Positions 52,301-64,000 of a DNA stretch of 64,000 nt are shown here, piece after piece. This DNA is from Callorhinchus milii (Eukaryota): the NCBI RefSeq assembly GCF_018977255.1, contig NW_024704742.1, positions 138,324,001 to 138,388,000 of the forward strand. The letters are read 5' to 3'. Numbering within the stretch: position 1 is the stretch's first letter; every line of letters begins with the position of its first letter. A program made the translations under genes and the position numbers. The notes under the pieces were generated by a model that was not told the origin of the DNA, searched no databases, and worked only from the letters and a program-made list of their open reading frames with translations.

Positions 52301-55300
52301 ATAATAATTTTATTATTAATCTGGTGAAACTGCGCTGCATCCCCTCCACAGCCAATATATCTTTCCTGAATTTGGTATAAAGCTCTCTCTTCCTTCTTCT
52401 AAGTCATTTATATAGACGGTGAAAAGCTGAGGCCCCAGCAATAATAATAATAATCCTTGCATTTGATATAGCGCTTTTCACGTCTTCCAGACAGAATATG
52501 CTATAAAGTGAATTGACAGTATATTTTGTGGACGAAACGCGACAGCCAATTGCACACAGCAGTACAGACCCCTGGGGGGACACCACTATCTCGCCAATCA
52601 GAGAACGTTCCCCCTATCCCTACTCTTTTGTTTCCTGCCTCCCAACCAATTACCAAGCCACGTTGCGAGGTTACCTCCGATTCCACGGGCTTTTATCCAT
52701 TTTTGCTCATAACCTCCTGTGCGGAACCTTATCAAATGCCTCTGAAAGTCCATGTAGACGACATCCGTAGACACTCTCTTATCCACCGTGTTAGTGACCT
52801 CAAAAAATTCAATTAGATTCGTCAGACATGACCTAACCTTCATAAATCCACGCTGACTCTCTTTGATTAGCTCATACTTGTCCAAGTGCTCAGTCACTCT
52901 GTCCCTGATAAGCGATTCCAACAACTTCCCAACAATGGAAGTGAAGCTGACAGGTCTGTACTTACCTGGTTTCTCCTTCCCTTCATTTTTATTTTTATAA
53001 TGGAGTGATATTTGCAGTTCCCCCCCAAGGGCACAATTCCTGAATGTAGAGCTTTAGAAAATTATCACTAACACATCTGCAATTTCCTCCCCTATTTCTT
53101 TTAATGCCCTGGGGTGGAAATTATCAGGTCCTGGAGATTTGTCTATCTTTAGCTCCATTATTTTCTCCAATGCCATTTTTTAAATACATATTAAATCCAT
53201 TAAGTACTTCTCTTTGACTTATTTTAGGATTCCCTTGTACCGCTGGTAATTTGGTCTCTTACTCTGTGTGAAAACGGATGTAAGACCACCATTCCCTTAT
53301 TATAATAACAATAATCCTTGCCTTTTATATAGCGCCTTATCACATCATTGAGACATCTGGAAGATGTGATAAAGCGCTGCATCAAACGCAAAGATTATTA
53401 TTATTATTATTATTATTCTGTAAAGTGCTTCCATAGATTTCTTACATGCGCCTGCCTTGTGTAGAAAGTACTGAGGAGAAGCAAATGTGCTATTTTGTTT
53501 ATTTGACTGCTGGAAATGTTTTGCTGTCAAATTTGCAGCTGGGTTGCAGAAGGGGAAGGAAGAGGGAGGGAAGAGGGAGGGAGGGAGGGGTTTAGACATC
53601 GAGTGGCTTTGATAAAAGTCTGCTTCTCATAAGTGGATCAGCAGCTCTGCTCGGAAACAGGGAATAGTGCGTGTCAGCCTCTGCTCCACTTAACTCCCAC
53701 TCTGCTCCAACATGTGAGTGTGCCTTTCTAGTGCGGATTTGTAGCCCGAGAATGAGAGAGAGAGGGATCGGTCGACTCTGAAACCATAGGAATTCCAGGT
53801 ACGGTATGAACAACAGGCTAGATTTAACAAGTAAGGAAGCAACTATAGCGAGCGGTGAATAATGGTAGATTTATTAGGGAAGTCGTCATGGTGTGTTAGT
53901 GTGGACTTGTTATTGTGGATTTGCGTAAGTGACTTTAATGCCATCTGGGATATTCTCTGTCCCTGTCCTGGCATCACAAACAGAAGTAGAATTATAACTG
54001 CATTGGAGGAGCAAAACAAATGGGATACAGTTAATACAGTTAGCGTTATTATTATATAACTTAAAAGACATCCTCTTGACATGAAAGGCGCGATATCAAT
54101 TGAAAAGATTAATAATATGCCTTGCGTTTGATATAGCACCAGGTCATGTTGTTGAGACGTGAGTTGCACACAGCAATTTCTCACAAATAGCCATGTAGTG
54201 AGTGACCAGTTTTATCTGGGGGATTGTTGGGCTGGGCACCAAGGGAGAGAGAGAGAAACTCCCCTCTCTTTTCGAGTAGTGTTGAGCTCCGGGAAGCGAA
54301 CCTCAAAAGGCAGGTGGGAGCTTGGATTAACATCTTATCTGAAAGCACCCCAGACAATTTAGTGTTCCTCTTGGTTTACACTGGAGCCTGGTCTGTAACA
54401 ACAACAACAAGATTCCATTTATTGAGCGCCTTTCACGCCGGGAGGACGTCCCAAGGCGCTGTACAGTTGGGTCAGGACCCGAGCAAGGGGGAAATGGTCA
54501 GGGTGAGGGGAGGGAAGGGAGGGAGCGAGGAGGGGGAAGAGAGTTGAGAGCGGAGCTGAAGGCACGGTCAAAGAGAAAGGTCTTGAGACCGGCCTTGAAG
54601 GAGGAAAGGGAGGAAGCGGCGAAGGCACTGGGGGATAGAGTTCCAGAGCCTCGGGGCTGAGAGGCTGAAGGCCACCGATGGTAGGGCGGTTGGGGCGGGG
54701 GATGTGGAGCAGACCGGAGCCGGAGGAACGGAGGGTAGTAATGTCAAAGTCAAAGTGCCCACGTGGGGCTTGAACTCACAATCAAGAAACATTTGTGTAT
54801 GTGTTTGTGGAGTCCTGTAACGTATTGGTTAAGAGCGCTCGCCTCGCAAGTGAGAGGACCTGGGTTTGTTTCCTGGGCAGGGCAAGGTTCCTACCCCACA
54901 CGCCTTTGTTTACCTAGCAGTAAGTAGAAACCCGGTTGTTAGTCGATTGGAGGATCGCTTTCCCAGGGGTAATAACCCCTTCAAAAAATATAAATAACAA
55001 AAATAATTTGGTCACTCAATCCAAGACTTGTTTGTGGGACACTGCAGTGCGCAATTGGCAGCTGCGTTTCACCCACAAAATATACAGTCAATTCCCTTTA
55101 CAGTATATTCTGTGAAGTGCTTTGAGACGTCTCGAAGACGTGATATCAAATGCAAGGATTATTATTATTATTGTTGTGTGTGTGCTGGGGAGGGGAAACA
55201 CTTCTGTTTACATGTCTATTGGGTGAAGTGACCCTGTGATACATTCCCTCGTGTTGGTTTGACTGTTGAGGGCAATCTGTTTGACACACATGCGGACGAG

Positions 55301-55946
55301 ATTTGACATTCTGTCAAAATATCTCAATTGTTCTGTTGTCATGTAACTCTTTCCTCATCAGAGCTGTGCTGCTGTCACTGAGCCTGTAAAAGGCAGCCCA
55401 CCTTCAGCATGTTTCGCCGGTCTCCCTCGCCGGTCTCCCATCCACTACCATCCATAAAATCCAACTCATTCAAAACTCTGCCGCCCGCATTCTCACCCGC
55501 ACGAAACTCTGCTCCCCGATCCCCCCAGTCCTGGCCAGACTGCACCGGCTGCCTGTCCCAGGGAGGATCGACTTCAAGATCCTCACCCTCGTATTCAAGT
55601 CTCTGCACTCCTCTGCACCCCCCGACCTCTCTGACCTCCTTCTTCAGCACAGTACCTGTTGCCTTCGTTCCTCCGGGTCTGGCCTCCTCCTCATCCCCCG
55701 ATTCCTCCGCTCAACCCTCGGCGGCAGTGGCTTCAGTCACTACGCCCCGAAGCTCTGGAACTGCCTTCCTCACTCCCTTCACCTCGCTCCCTCCCTTCCC
55801 ATTTTCAGGTCTCTGCTGAAGACCTTGCTTTTCGACCGCGCCTTCGGTCGCCTTCCCACCCCTCCCCCTGGCTCGATCCCGGGATCCTAAACTGTAAAGC
55901 GGTCTGAGACGCCGTCCGACGTGGAGGGCGATATATAAATCCAAGT

Positions 55947-58900
55947 TATAGATTAATAGAATGTTATGACACAGAAGGAGGCCATTCGGCCCATCGAGTC
56001 TGTGCGGCTCTTTGACAGAGCGTCACTTTCATTAACCCCAATCACCAGCTTTCTCCCCATAACCTGCAAACCCGTCTTCCCCGATACCTGTCCAGTCCTC
56101 TCTTAAAAGCTGTTATCGAATCGGACTTCACTGCCCTTTCGGGCGGATCATTCCAAATTCTAACAACTCGCTGAGTGAAAAATTTCTTCTAACCTCCCCT
56201 CTGCTTCTTTTGGTAGATATCTTAAGACTGTGACCACGGGTCACAGACACACCTACCAGCGGAAACAGCTTTTCCCTATCTCGCCTGTCAAAACCTTTCA
56301 TGATCTTGAAGACCTCTATCAGGTCCCCGTGTAACCTTCTCTGCTCTAATGGGAAAAGTCCTAACTTCTCCACTGTCCTCATAGCTAAGGTTCCCCATTC
56401 CTGGTATCATTCTCGTGAATCTCCTCTGCACCCTTTCCAGTGCCTTAATGTCCTTCCTGAAGTAAGGTGCCCAGAACTGGACGCAGTACTCCAGCTGAGG
56501 CCTAACCAGTGTTTTGTACAGATTAACCATAACCCCTACTCTTATACTCTATGCCCTACTAATAAAGCTCAGTACACCAAATGCCTTTTTTACTGCCCTA
56601 TCTACCTGCCCCACTACCTTTAATGATTCGCTTACTTGAACACCCAGATCTCTCTGTACGTTCACCCCCCTTAAGATTGAGCTCCAAGTCTATATTGCCT
56701 CCTATCATTTTTCCTACCTAAGTGTATCACCTCACACTTATCCACATTGAAATCCATCTGCCACATGTCAGCCCATTCCACCATTCTGTGTATGTCTGCC
56801 TGCAGTTGGTTACAGTCCTCCTCACTATTTACTACCCTACCTAACTTTATATCATCTGCAAACTTGGAAATAGTGCTCCCTATGCCCAAGTCCAGATCAT
56901 TAATATATATTAGAAAGAGCAGTGGTCCCAATACCGATCCCTGGGGGACACCGCTGCACACCTCCTTCCATTGCGAGAAACACCCATTAACCACCACCCT
57001 CTGCTTTCTGTCACTCAGCCAGTTCCTAATCCAAACTGCCACTGTCCCCTTAATACCGTGGGCCTCTAATTTTTTTATTAATCTCTTATGCGGTACTGTG
57101 TCAAAAGCCTTTTTGAAATCCATGTAAATAACGTCCACCGCATTTCCCTCATCAACCCTCGCAGTCACCTCTTCAAAAAATTCTATTAGATTTGTTAGGC
57201 AAGATTTGCCTTTAACAAATCCATGTTGGCTGTCTCTAATTACCTCGTGTTCCTCTAAGTAGAGATTTATTCTGTCCCGGATTATGGTCTCCAGTAGTTT
57301 TCCTATTACCGAAGTTAGGCTGACTGGCCTGTAATTTCCGGGTTTGTCTTTCTGCCCCTTTTTGTAGAGAGGGGTAACATTAGCCTCTCTCCAGTCTCTT
57401 GGCACCACTCCTGTGTCCAATGACGATTGAAATATAATGGCCAAAGCCTCCGCTATTTGAACCCGTATCTCCCACAGCAACCTTGGGTGAAACCCATCTG
57501 GTCCTGGTGACTTATCAATTTTGAGCCCAGTCAATCTTTTCAGAACTTCCTCTCTGTCTATAGTAATCTGATCTATTTCCTCTACCTTCTCATCCAATAC
57601 TGCGGCATTTGGGGCATCCATTTCTGCTGTGAAGACAGATGCAAAGTACTCGTTCAGTACATCAGCCATTCCTCTGCCGCCACAACAAGATTGCCGTCAT
57701 TGCCTTTGATTGGCCCCACCCTACCTTTAACTAACCTTTTTTCCTTTATGTGCTTGTAAAATATTTTAGGATTCCCCTTTATGTTACCCGCTAACCTCTT
57801 CTCATGCGATCTTTTAGCCTGTCTTATCACTCTTTTAAGATCACTCCTGCATTCTCTATAATGCGCTTTGCTATCCTCAGTGTCTTGCGTCTTCCAATTG
57901 TCGTACGCCGTCTTCTTCTTTTTCATCCTAGACAGAATATCCCTGGTCATCCAGGCTGGCTTGGTTCTCGCACATTTCCCTTTTGTGGGAATATATCTAT
58001 TTAGACCTTGAGCTATCATATCTTTGAAGATCTCCCATTGCTCATGAGTCGTTTTATCTGCTCGTCTCACTTGCCAGTCCACCAACTCTAGGTCCCTTTT
58101 TAGCCCATCAAAATTAGCCCTTTTCCAGTCAAGCATTTTCACCCTTGACTGTACTTTGTCCCTGTTCATGAGTAATCTAAATCTAATAATATTATGGTCA
58201 CTGTTACTTAGATGCTCCCCTACCGAAACCTGTTCAATCTGACCTATTTCATTCCCCAGAACTAAATCCAGCAATGCTTCCTTCCTCGTAGGATTGGAGA
58301 CATACTGCTTAAGAAAATTTTCCTGTACACAGTCTATGAATCTTTCTCCTGCCTTGCCCTTAGCGCTACTAAGGAGTCCTGTAGCTCAGTGGTTGGAATC
58401 CTGTAGCTCAGTGGTTATAGCACTCGCTTTGCAAGTGAGAGACCTGAGTTCAATTCCAGACAGGGCCAAACCTTGGGCAAGTTTCCTTACTCCACACAGA
58501 GCCTAATAATAATCCCTCCAAAAAACAATAATAAATTGGTCATTTTCAATCTACGACTGTTTGTGGGACATTGCTGCGCGCAATTGGCTGCCGCGTTCGT
58601 CCACAAATATACAGTCAATTCACTTTACAGTGTTCTGTGAAGCGCTTTGGGACGTCCTCCCGACGAGAAAAGCGCTATATCAAATGCAAGGATTATTATT
58701 ATTATTATTACTATTTTGCCAGTCTATATTGGGATAATTGAAATCCCCATTATCACAACTCTGTTCGCCTATCTACATCTATCCGTGATCTGGTTGCAGA
58801 TCTGCTCCTCTATCTCCTTCCCGCTGTCTGGTGGTCTATAGTAAACCCCCATCAGTGTAACCACTCCTTTCTTATTTCTTATCTCTAACCAGATGGATTC

Positions 58901-59220
58901 TGTTGTCGGGCCCTCCAGAGCCTCGTTCCTTTCTACAGCTATAATTGTATCCTTAACTAATATTGCCACCCCTCCTCCTTTTCTTCCTTCTCTATCCTTC
59001 CTGAACACCTGGAATATATCCGGAATATTTAACTCCCATTCCTGTTCTGGCTTGAGCCATGTCTCGGTTACTGCCACCACATCGTAACCCCCTACGGCCA
59101 GTTGAACCTTCAGCTCATCAACCTTATTCCCTAAGCTACGTGCATTCAGGTGCATGCATTTGAGGAAATTGTCCGCTTGTACCTGCTCTACACTTCCCAC
59201 TTGTCTTTTTCCTCTAATCT
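55947..59220 (-). mobile_element. CR1-clade LINE, duplicate copy with a 332-aa open RT segment
   Basis: ORF 56671-57669 with NYRPVSLTS, QHGF, YMDFKKAFD, GVPQG and FADD. Confidence 0.95.
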
Positions 59221-59606
59221 CTTAATTGTTGTTGTTGAATTTGTTGTTGTTTCAAAGAATATTCTTCAATTCCTGACATAAATATTACTGGTGCATTGCC
59301 TTTGTTTCAGGATATTGGAGTTTCGCTTCCTGGATTAGGGGAAATAAAAGCAATAATCCTTGCATTTGATATAGTACCTTGTCACGTCTTCGAGATGTCT
59401 CAAAGCGCTTCACAAAATATAGTGTAATGTGAATTGACTGTATATTTATGGACAAAACGCGACAGCCAATTGCGCACAGCAGTGTCCCACAAACAGTCGT
59501 GGATTGAGTGACCAAATTATTATTATTATTTTCTTTTGAAAGGATTATTATCCCCGGAAAGCGATCCGCCATTGACTAACAACCAGGTTCCTACTCACTG
59601 CTAGGT

Positions 59607-60535
59607 GAGGTCAGCTCAACGTGCAAAAAACCGAGGCCCTCCTGATTGGCTCACGTCAGCGCCTCCGCACCTCAGGCGCTGACACCATCAGCATCCAAGG
59701 CTGCACTCTCCACCTCTCAAAGCCAGTCAGGAACCTCGGCATTTTGTTCGACCCTGAGCTGTCCTTTCTCCCTCACATCCGCACCACAACTGGCACCGCC
59801 TTCCATCACCTCCGGAATATCGCCAGACTACGGCATTACCTCACCCCTCACGCTGCTGAAACCCTGGTTCACGCCTTTGTCACCTCAAGGCTGGACTATG
59901 GGAACTCTCTCCTCGCCGGCCTTCCCGCCACCTCCTCCACAAGCTGCAGGTCATTCAGAACTCTGCAGCTCGTGTACTGTCCTGCACCAGGCTTCGGGAC
60001 CACATCACTCCCACCCTCGCTCGCCTCCACTGGCTCCCCATCCCCCAGAGGATTGATTTCAAGATCCTCATCCTCACCTACAAGGCTATTCACGGCCTTG
60101 CTCCCTCCTACCTCTCCAACCTACTATCCCCTACCTACCTGCCCGTACCCTCCGTTCCTCTGGCTCCGGTCTGCTCCACGTCCCCCGCCCCAACCGCCCT
60201 ACTATCGGTGGTCGGGCCTTCAGCCTCTCAGCCCCGAGGCTCTGGAACTCCATCCCCAGTGCCTTCGCCTTGCTTCCTCCCTTTCCTCCTTCAAGGCCGG
60301 TCTCAAAACCTTTCTCTTTGACCGTGCCTTCAGCTCTCGACTCTCTTCCTCCTCCTCGCTCCCTCCCTTCCCTCCCTCACCCTGACATTTCCCCCTCCTC
60401 TCTCTCTCCCTCCCTTCCCTCCCCTCACCCTGACCATTTCCCCCCTGCTCGGGTCATGACCCAACTGTGCAGCGCCTTGGGACGTCCTCCTGACGTGAAA
60501 GGCGCTCTATAAATGGAATCTTGTTGTTGTTGTTG
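59607..60535 (+). mobile_element. Young 5'-truncated L2-clade LINE, only in copy B
   Basis: KTEALLIG, RNLGILFD, VTSRLDYGNSLLAGLP, LHWLP; (TTG)n tail; TSD TAGGT at 59602-59606 and 60536-60540. Confidence 0.95.
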
Positions 60536-63500
60536 TAGGTAACCAGAGGCTTACGGAGTAAGGAAACTTGCCCAAAGTTACGCCCTGCCTGGGAGTCCAG
60601 CCCAAGTCCTCTCGCTTGCGAGGCAAGTGCTAAGTTACAGAACTCCACAAATGACTGTGTGTGGTTAAGGTACATTGATTGACTTTCTCTCTCACCCCAA
60701 ACCTTTTCTACTTTTCCCCAATTAGGAATAATGTGTGGCTCATAGAACTTACTAGGGAGGCAATTTGCCTGTGCTGGCTCTCTGAAAGTCTTCTCAGTTT
60801 AGTCCCACTCTCCTGCTCTTTTCTCAAACCCTACCATATTTTTCCCATCACTTTTGCTTTCACTTTTGTGTCGACTGGTTGCAATGTGGTGCCGGGAGAG
60901 CACAGCATTGTTGGAGGATTATGTGCCATCCTTCAGATAAGACGTTAAACTGAGGTCCCATCTGTGCCTGTTGAGGTCAAAAGTAACAAAAGGTCTTTCC
61001 TTCAACAACAACAAGATTACATTTATATAGCGCCTTTCACGTCAGGAGGACGTCCCAAGTGTACAGCATTTCAGACCCAAGCTGGGGTCAGGGGGGGAGA
61101 AGGGAGGGGAAGGGGGGTGACCGATGACATGCTCGAAGAGGAGGGTTTTGAGGCGGGACTTGAAGGAGGCTAAGGAGTGGGTGAGGCAGAGTGACTGGGG
61201 GATGGAACTCCAGAGGTTGGGGGCAGAGTGGTTGAAGGCCCTCCCGCCAATGGTGGGGCGGGTGGGTCGGGGAACATGGAGCAGGTCGCAGCCGACTGAG
61301 TGGAGGGAGCGGGCGGGTTGGTAGGGGGTTTGGAGGTTGCAGAGGTAGGCTGGGGCGAGGCCGTGGAGGGCTTTATTGGTGAGGATCAGGATCTTGAACT
61401 GGATCCTCTGAAGGGTAGAGAGCCAATGGAGTCGGGCGAGAGTGGGGGAGATGGGGTCACGGAGTTTGGTGCGGGAGAGGACACGGGCTGCAGAGTTCTG
61501 GATTATCTGCAGTCTGTGGAGGGAGGAGTTAGGAAGGCCGACACGCAGGGAGTTTGCATAGTTGAGCCTCGAGGTGATGACGGCATAAACAAGAGTTTCA
61601 GCGCCTGAGGGGTGAGATAGTGGCGGAGTCGGGCGATGTTACGGAGGTGAGGGAAGGCACCTATTCGAAATGAGTTTCTTCTGGGATCCTAGCCAACAAT
61701 CCTTCAGATAAAATAGGTCTCCCACTTCATTTCTGTAGTTGGACGTTGCTTTGCAAAAATTGACGGCCGTATTCACCACCTAGTCCTGTAGTTCAGTGGT
61801 TAGAGCACATGCCTCGCAAGCGAGAGGACTGGGTTCAATACCCAGGCAGGGCGAAACGTTACCAAGTTTCCTTACTCCACACACCTCTGTTTACCTAGCA
61901 GTAAGTAGGAATCCTGTTGTTAATAAAAATAATGTTTTTTATTACGACATACTACGACTGTTTGTGGGACGCTGCTGTGCCCAATTGGCTGCCGCATTTC
62001 ACCAACAAAATATACAGTCAATTCACTTTATAGTATATTCTGTGAAGCGCTTTGAGAAGTTTTGAAGACATGATAAGGCAATATATCAAATGCAAGGATT
62101 GTTATATTATTATTATCCCTGTGTTATCCAGTGTCCCCTAAAGGGCTAGGAAAGATTTCAGCCAAGTGTGATTCTCTCTGTCAGCGCAGTAAAGCAGAGA
62201 CGGGGACCGCAAATAGTTTTAGCTTTTAATCGACAGATACTTTGGTTTTAAAACACTCTCCTCCTTCTAATCGCTGTTCTGATGATTTGATCTCACATTT
62301 AATGCAGAACTGAGCTAAGCCTGATCATTAGGTAGGTGTGGCCTTCAGCACCCAGACCTCTCCTTCAGTTTCCTTAAACAACCATGTTGATCCTCAAAGT
62401 AATTTAAGAAATGAAAAATGTGGCCAGGCTGGTCTTGGGAATAAAGGCAGATTTATTCGCAGATTATTGTTTTTGTAAGAGAAAGCTCCAGGGCAAGCTT
62501 CCAAAACAACTGGCACTTCCTACCACCTTTCACATAGGGGGGGAACATCTCAAAGCGCTTTACAGACACAGTGGACGCCTATCAGAGCGGAGGTCTTATT
62601 AAAGAATTCAGGAGCCTATAAGCTTTATCGTGGAGTTCCTGTAGAATTTTGATTAGAGCGAACGAGAGAATCCGGTTTCGATTCCCAGGCAGGATGAACC
62701 CGTAGGCAAGTTTCCTTACTCCGCACACCTCTGTTTACCAGCAGTAAACAGGGGTAATAATTTTTCACTTTTTTTAAAAATAATACTAATTTAGTCATTG
62801 AATCCACAACTGTTTGTGGGACACCTCTGTGCACAATTGGCTGCCACATTTCACCAACAAAATATACAGTCAACTCACTTTACAGTATACTCTGTGAAGT
62901 GCTTTGAGATGTCTTGAAGACGTGATAAGCCGCTATATCAAATGTAAGGATTATTATATATTATACAATTACTATAGAAGTACTATGTAAATGCAAATTG
63001 TGAAATGTACAGAAAACCAATTTCAAAATTAAGGCTGTATTAAAGAATTTGCCAAATTGTGTTTGTGTTTAAGGGGATTTTTATTCTTAGGAGATTTTAA
63101 ACCGAGACCTCATGCGTGTCTTTTCAGGTGTATGTTAAAGATCCCACAACACTATTGGAAAAGAGAAGGATATTTCTCCCTTAGCTGGCAATCCTCCACA
63201 TGAAATGATCACTAACTTCATAGCTGTCTGCAAATTTGCTGACACGCTTGCTTACAAATACACAAGCGACTGCACTTGACAGTAATAGCCTATGAAATGC
63301 TTTGAGACAGTTTAACATTGCGGACAGTGTAATTACACATGCAGTCAAGCAACAACAGCAACAACTTCGATTAATATAGCGCCCTCCACGCCGGACGGCG
63401 TCTCGGAGCTTCATGTCTGGTTGTTCAGTGTTATTTCACAGTCCATTGAGAACCTTGATCTACAGATTAATCTGTCATCAGATTATGTCATTTATGGAGT

Positions 63501-64000
63501 CCTGTAGCTCAGTGGTTAGAGCACTCGCTTTGCAAGTGAGAGACCTGAGTTCAATGCCAGGCAGAGGGCGAAACCTTGGGCAAGTTTCCTTACTCCACAC
63601 GTCTAATAATAATCCCTCCAAAAACAATAATAAATTGGTCATTTTCAATCTACGACTGTTTGTGGGACATTGCTGTGCGCAATTGGCTGCCGCGTTCGCC
63701 CACAAATATACAGTCAATTCACTTTACAGTGTGTTCTGTGAAGCGCTTTAGGACGTCCTCTCGACGTGAAAAGCGCTATATCAAATGCAAGGATTATTAT
63801 TATTATTATTATCAATTCTGGTTCCAATGGACCATTACTTCTCATGTGTCTGCATAACAACTTTTTCTTTCTATCAGTACTGGATCCTATTTTTAGATCC
63901 TTATTTGTCTAATTTATGGAGTCAGACACATGTTTGAAAGGAAGGCCTGTCTTAGGACCGAGCCTTCGGTCACCTTCCTACCCCAAATAATAATAACCCT

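Larger units (their letters stand above)
48778..64000 (+). repeat. Segmental duplication copy B (direct orientation)
   Basis: Same ORFs and TEs in the same order as 1-14275, plus a 934-bp insertion. Confidence 0.97.

Noticed and set aside
56671..59200. Autonomous active CR1
   Set aside because: A SINE interrupts the endonuclease, frameshifts remain, and ORF1 and the 5' UTR are absent

Overview
Repeat-rich vertebrate DNA; the CR1 and L2 LINEs, tRNA-Ala/Deu-type SINEs and Penelope-derived palindromes point to a cartilaginous fish (inference). The window holds one spliced + strand gene for a LIFR/OSMR-family class I cytokine receptor, with 19 coding exons from 15298 to 37500 (940 aa). Every junction is GT-AG and phase-compatible: signal peptide, two cytokine-binding modules (WSDWS, WSEWS), Ig domain, FNIII repeats, TM, Box1 and Box2. 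The gene has two oddities. First, the last exon stops at TAG 37498-37500, while the SHP2/SOCS3-type tyrosine, three YxxQ motifs and the LIFR-like C-terminus lie downstream, spread over three frames; this is either a real tail-less receptor or homopolymer errors. Second, a 74-bp antisense L2 tail in the first coding exon appears to have turned an ancestral N-terminal extension into a uORF overlapping the start codon. Bases 1-14275 recur almost identically at 48778-64000 (~48.8 kb period), consistent with a tandem duplication of the locus; copy 2 carries a new 934-bp L2 insertion with a TSD. Also seen: a minimal hammerhead-ribozyme motif in intron 1, CR1-seeded minisatellites and a possible orphan exon of a convergent gene. 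Most ORF-track entries are TE or low-complexity artefacts. No CRISPR, rRNA or true tRNA genes were found.
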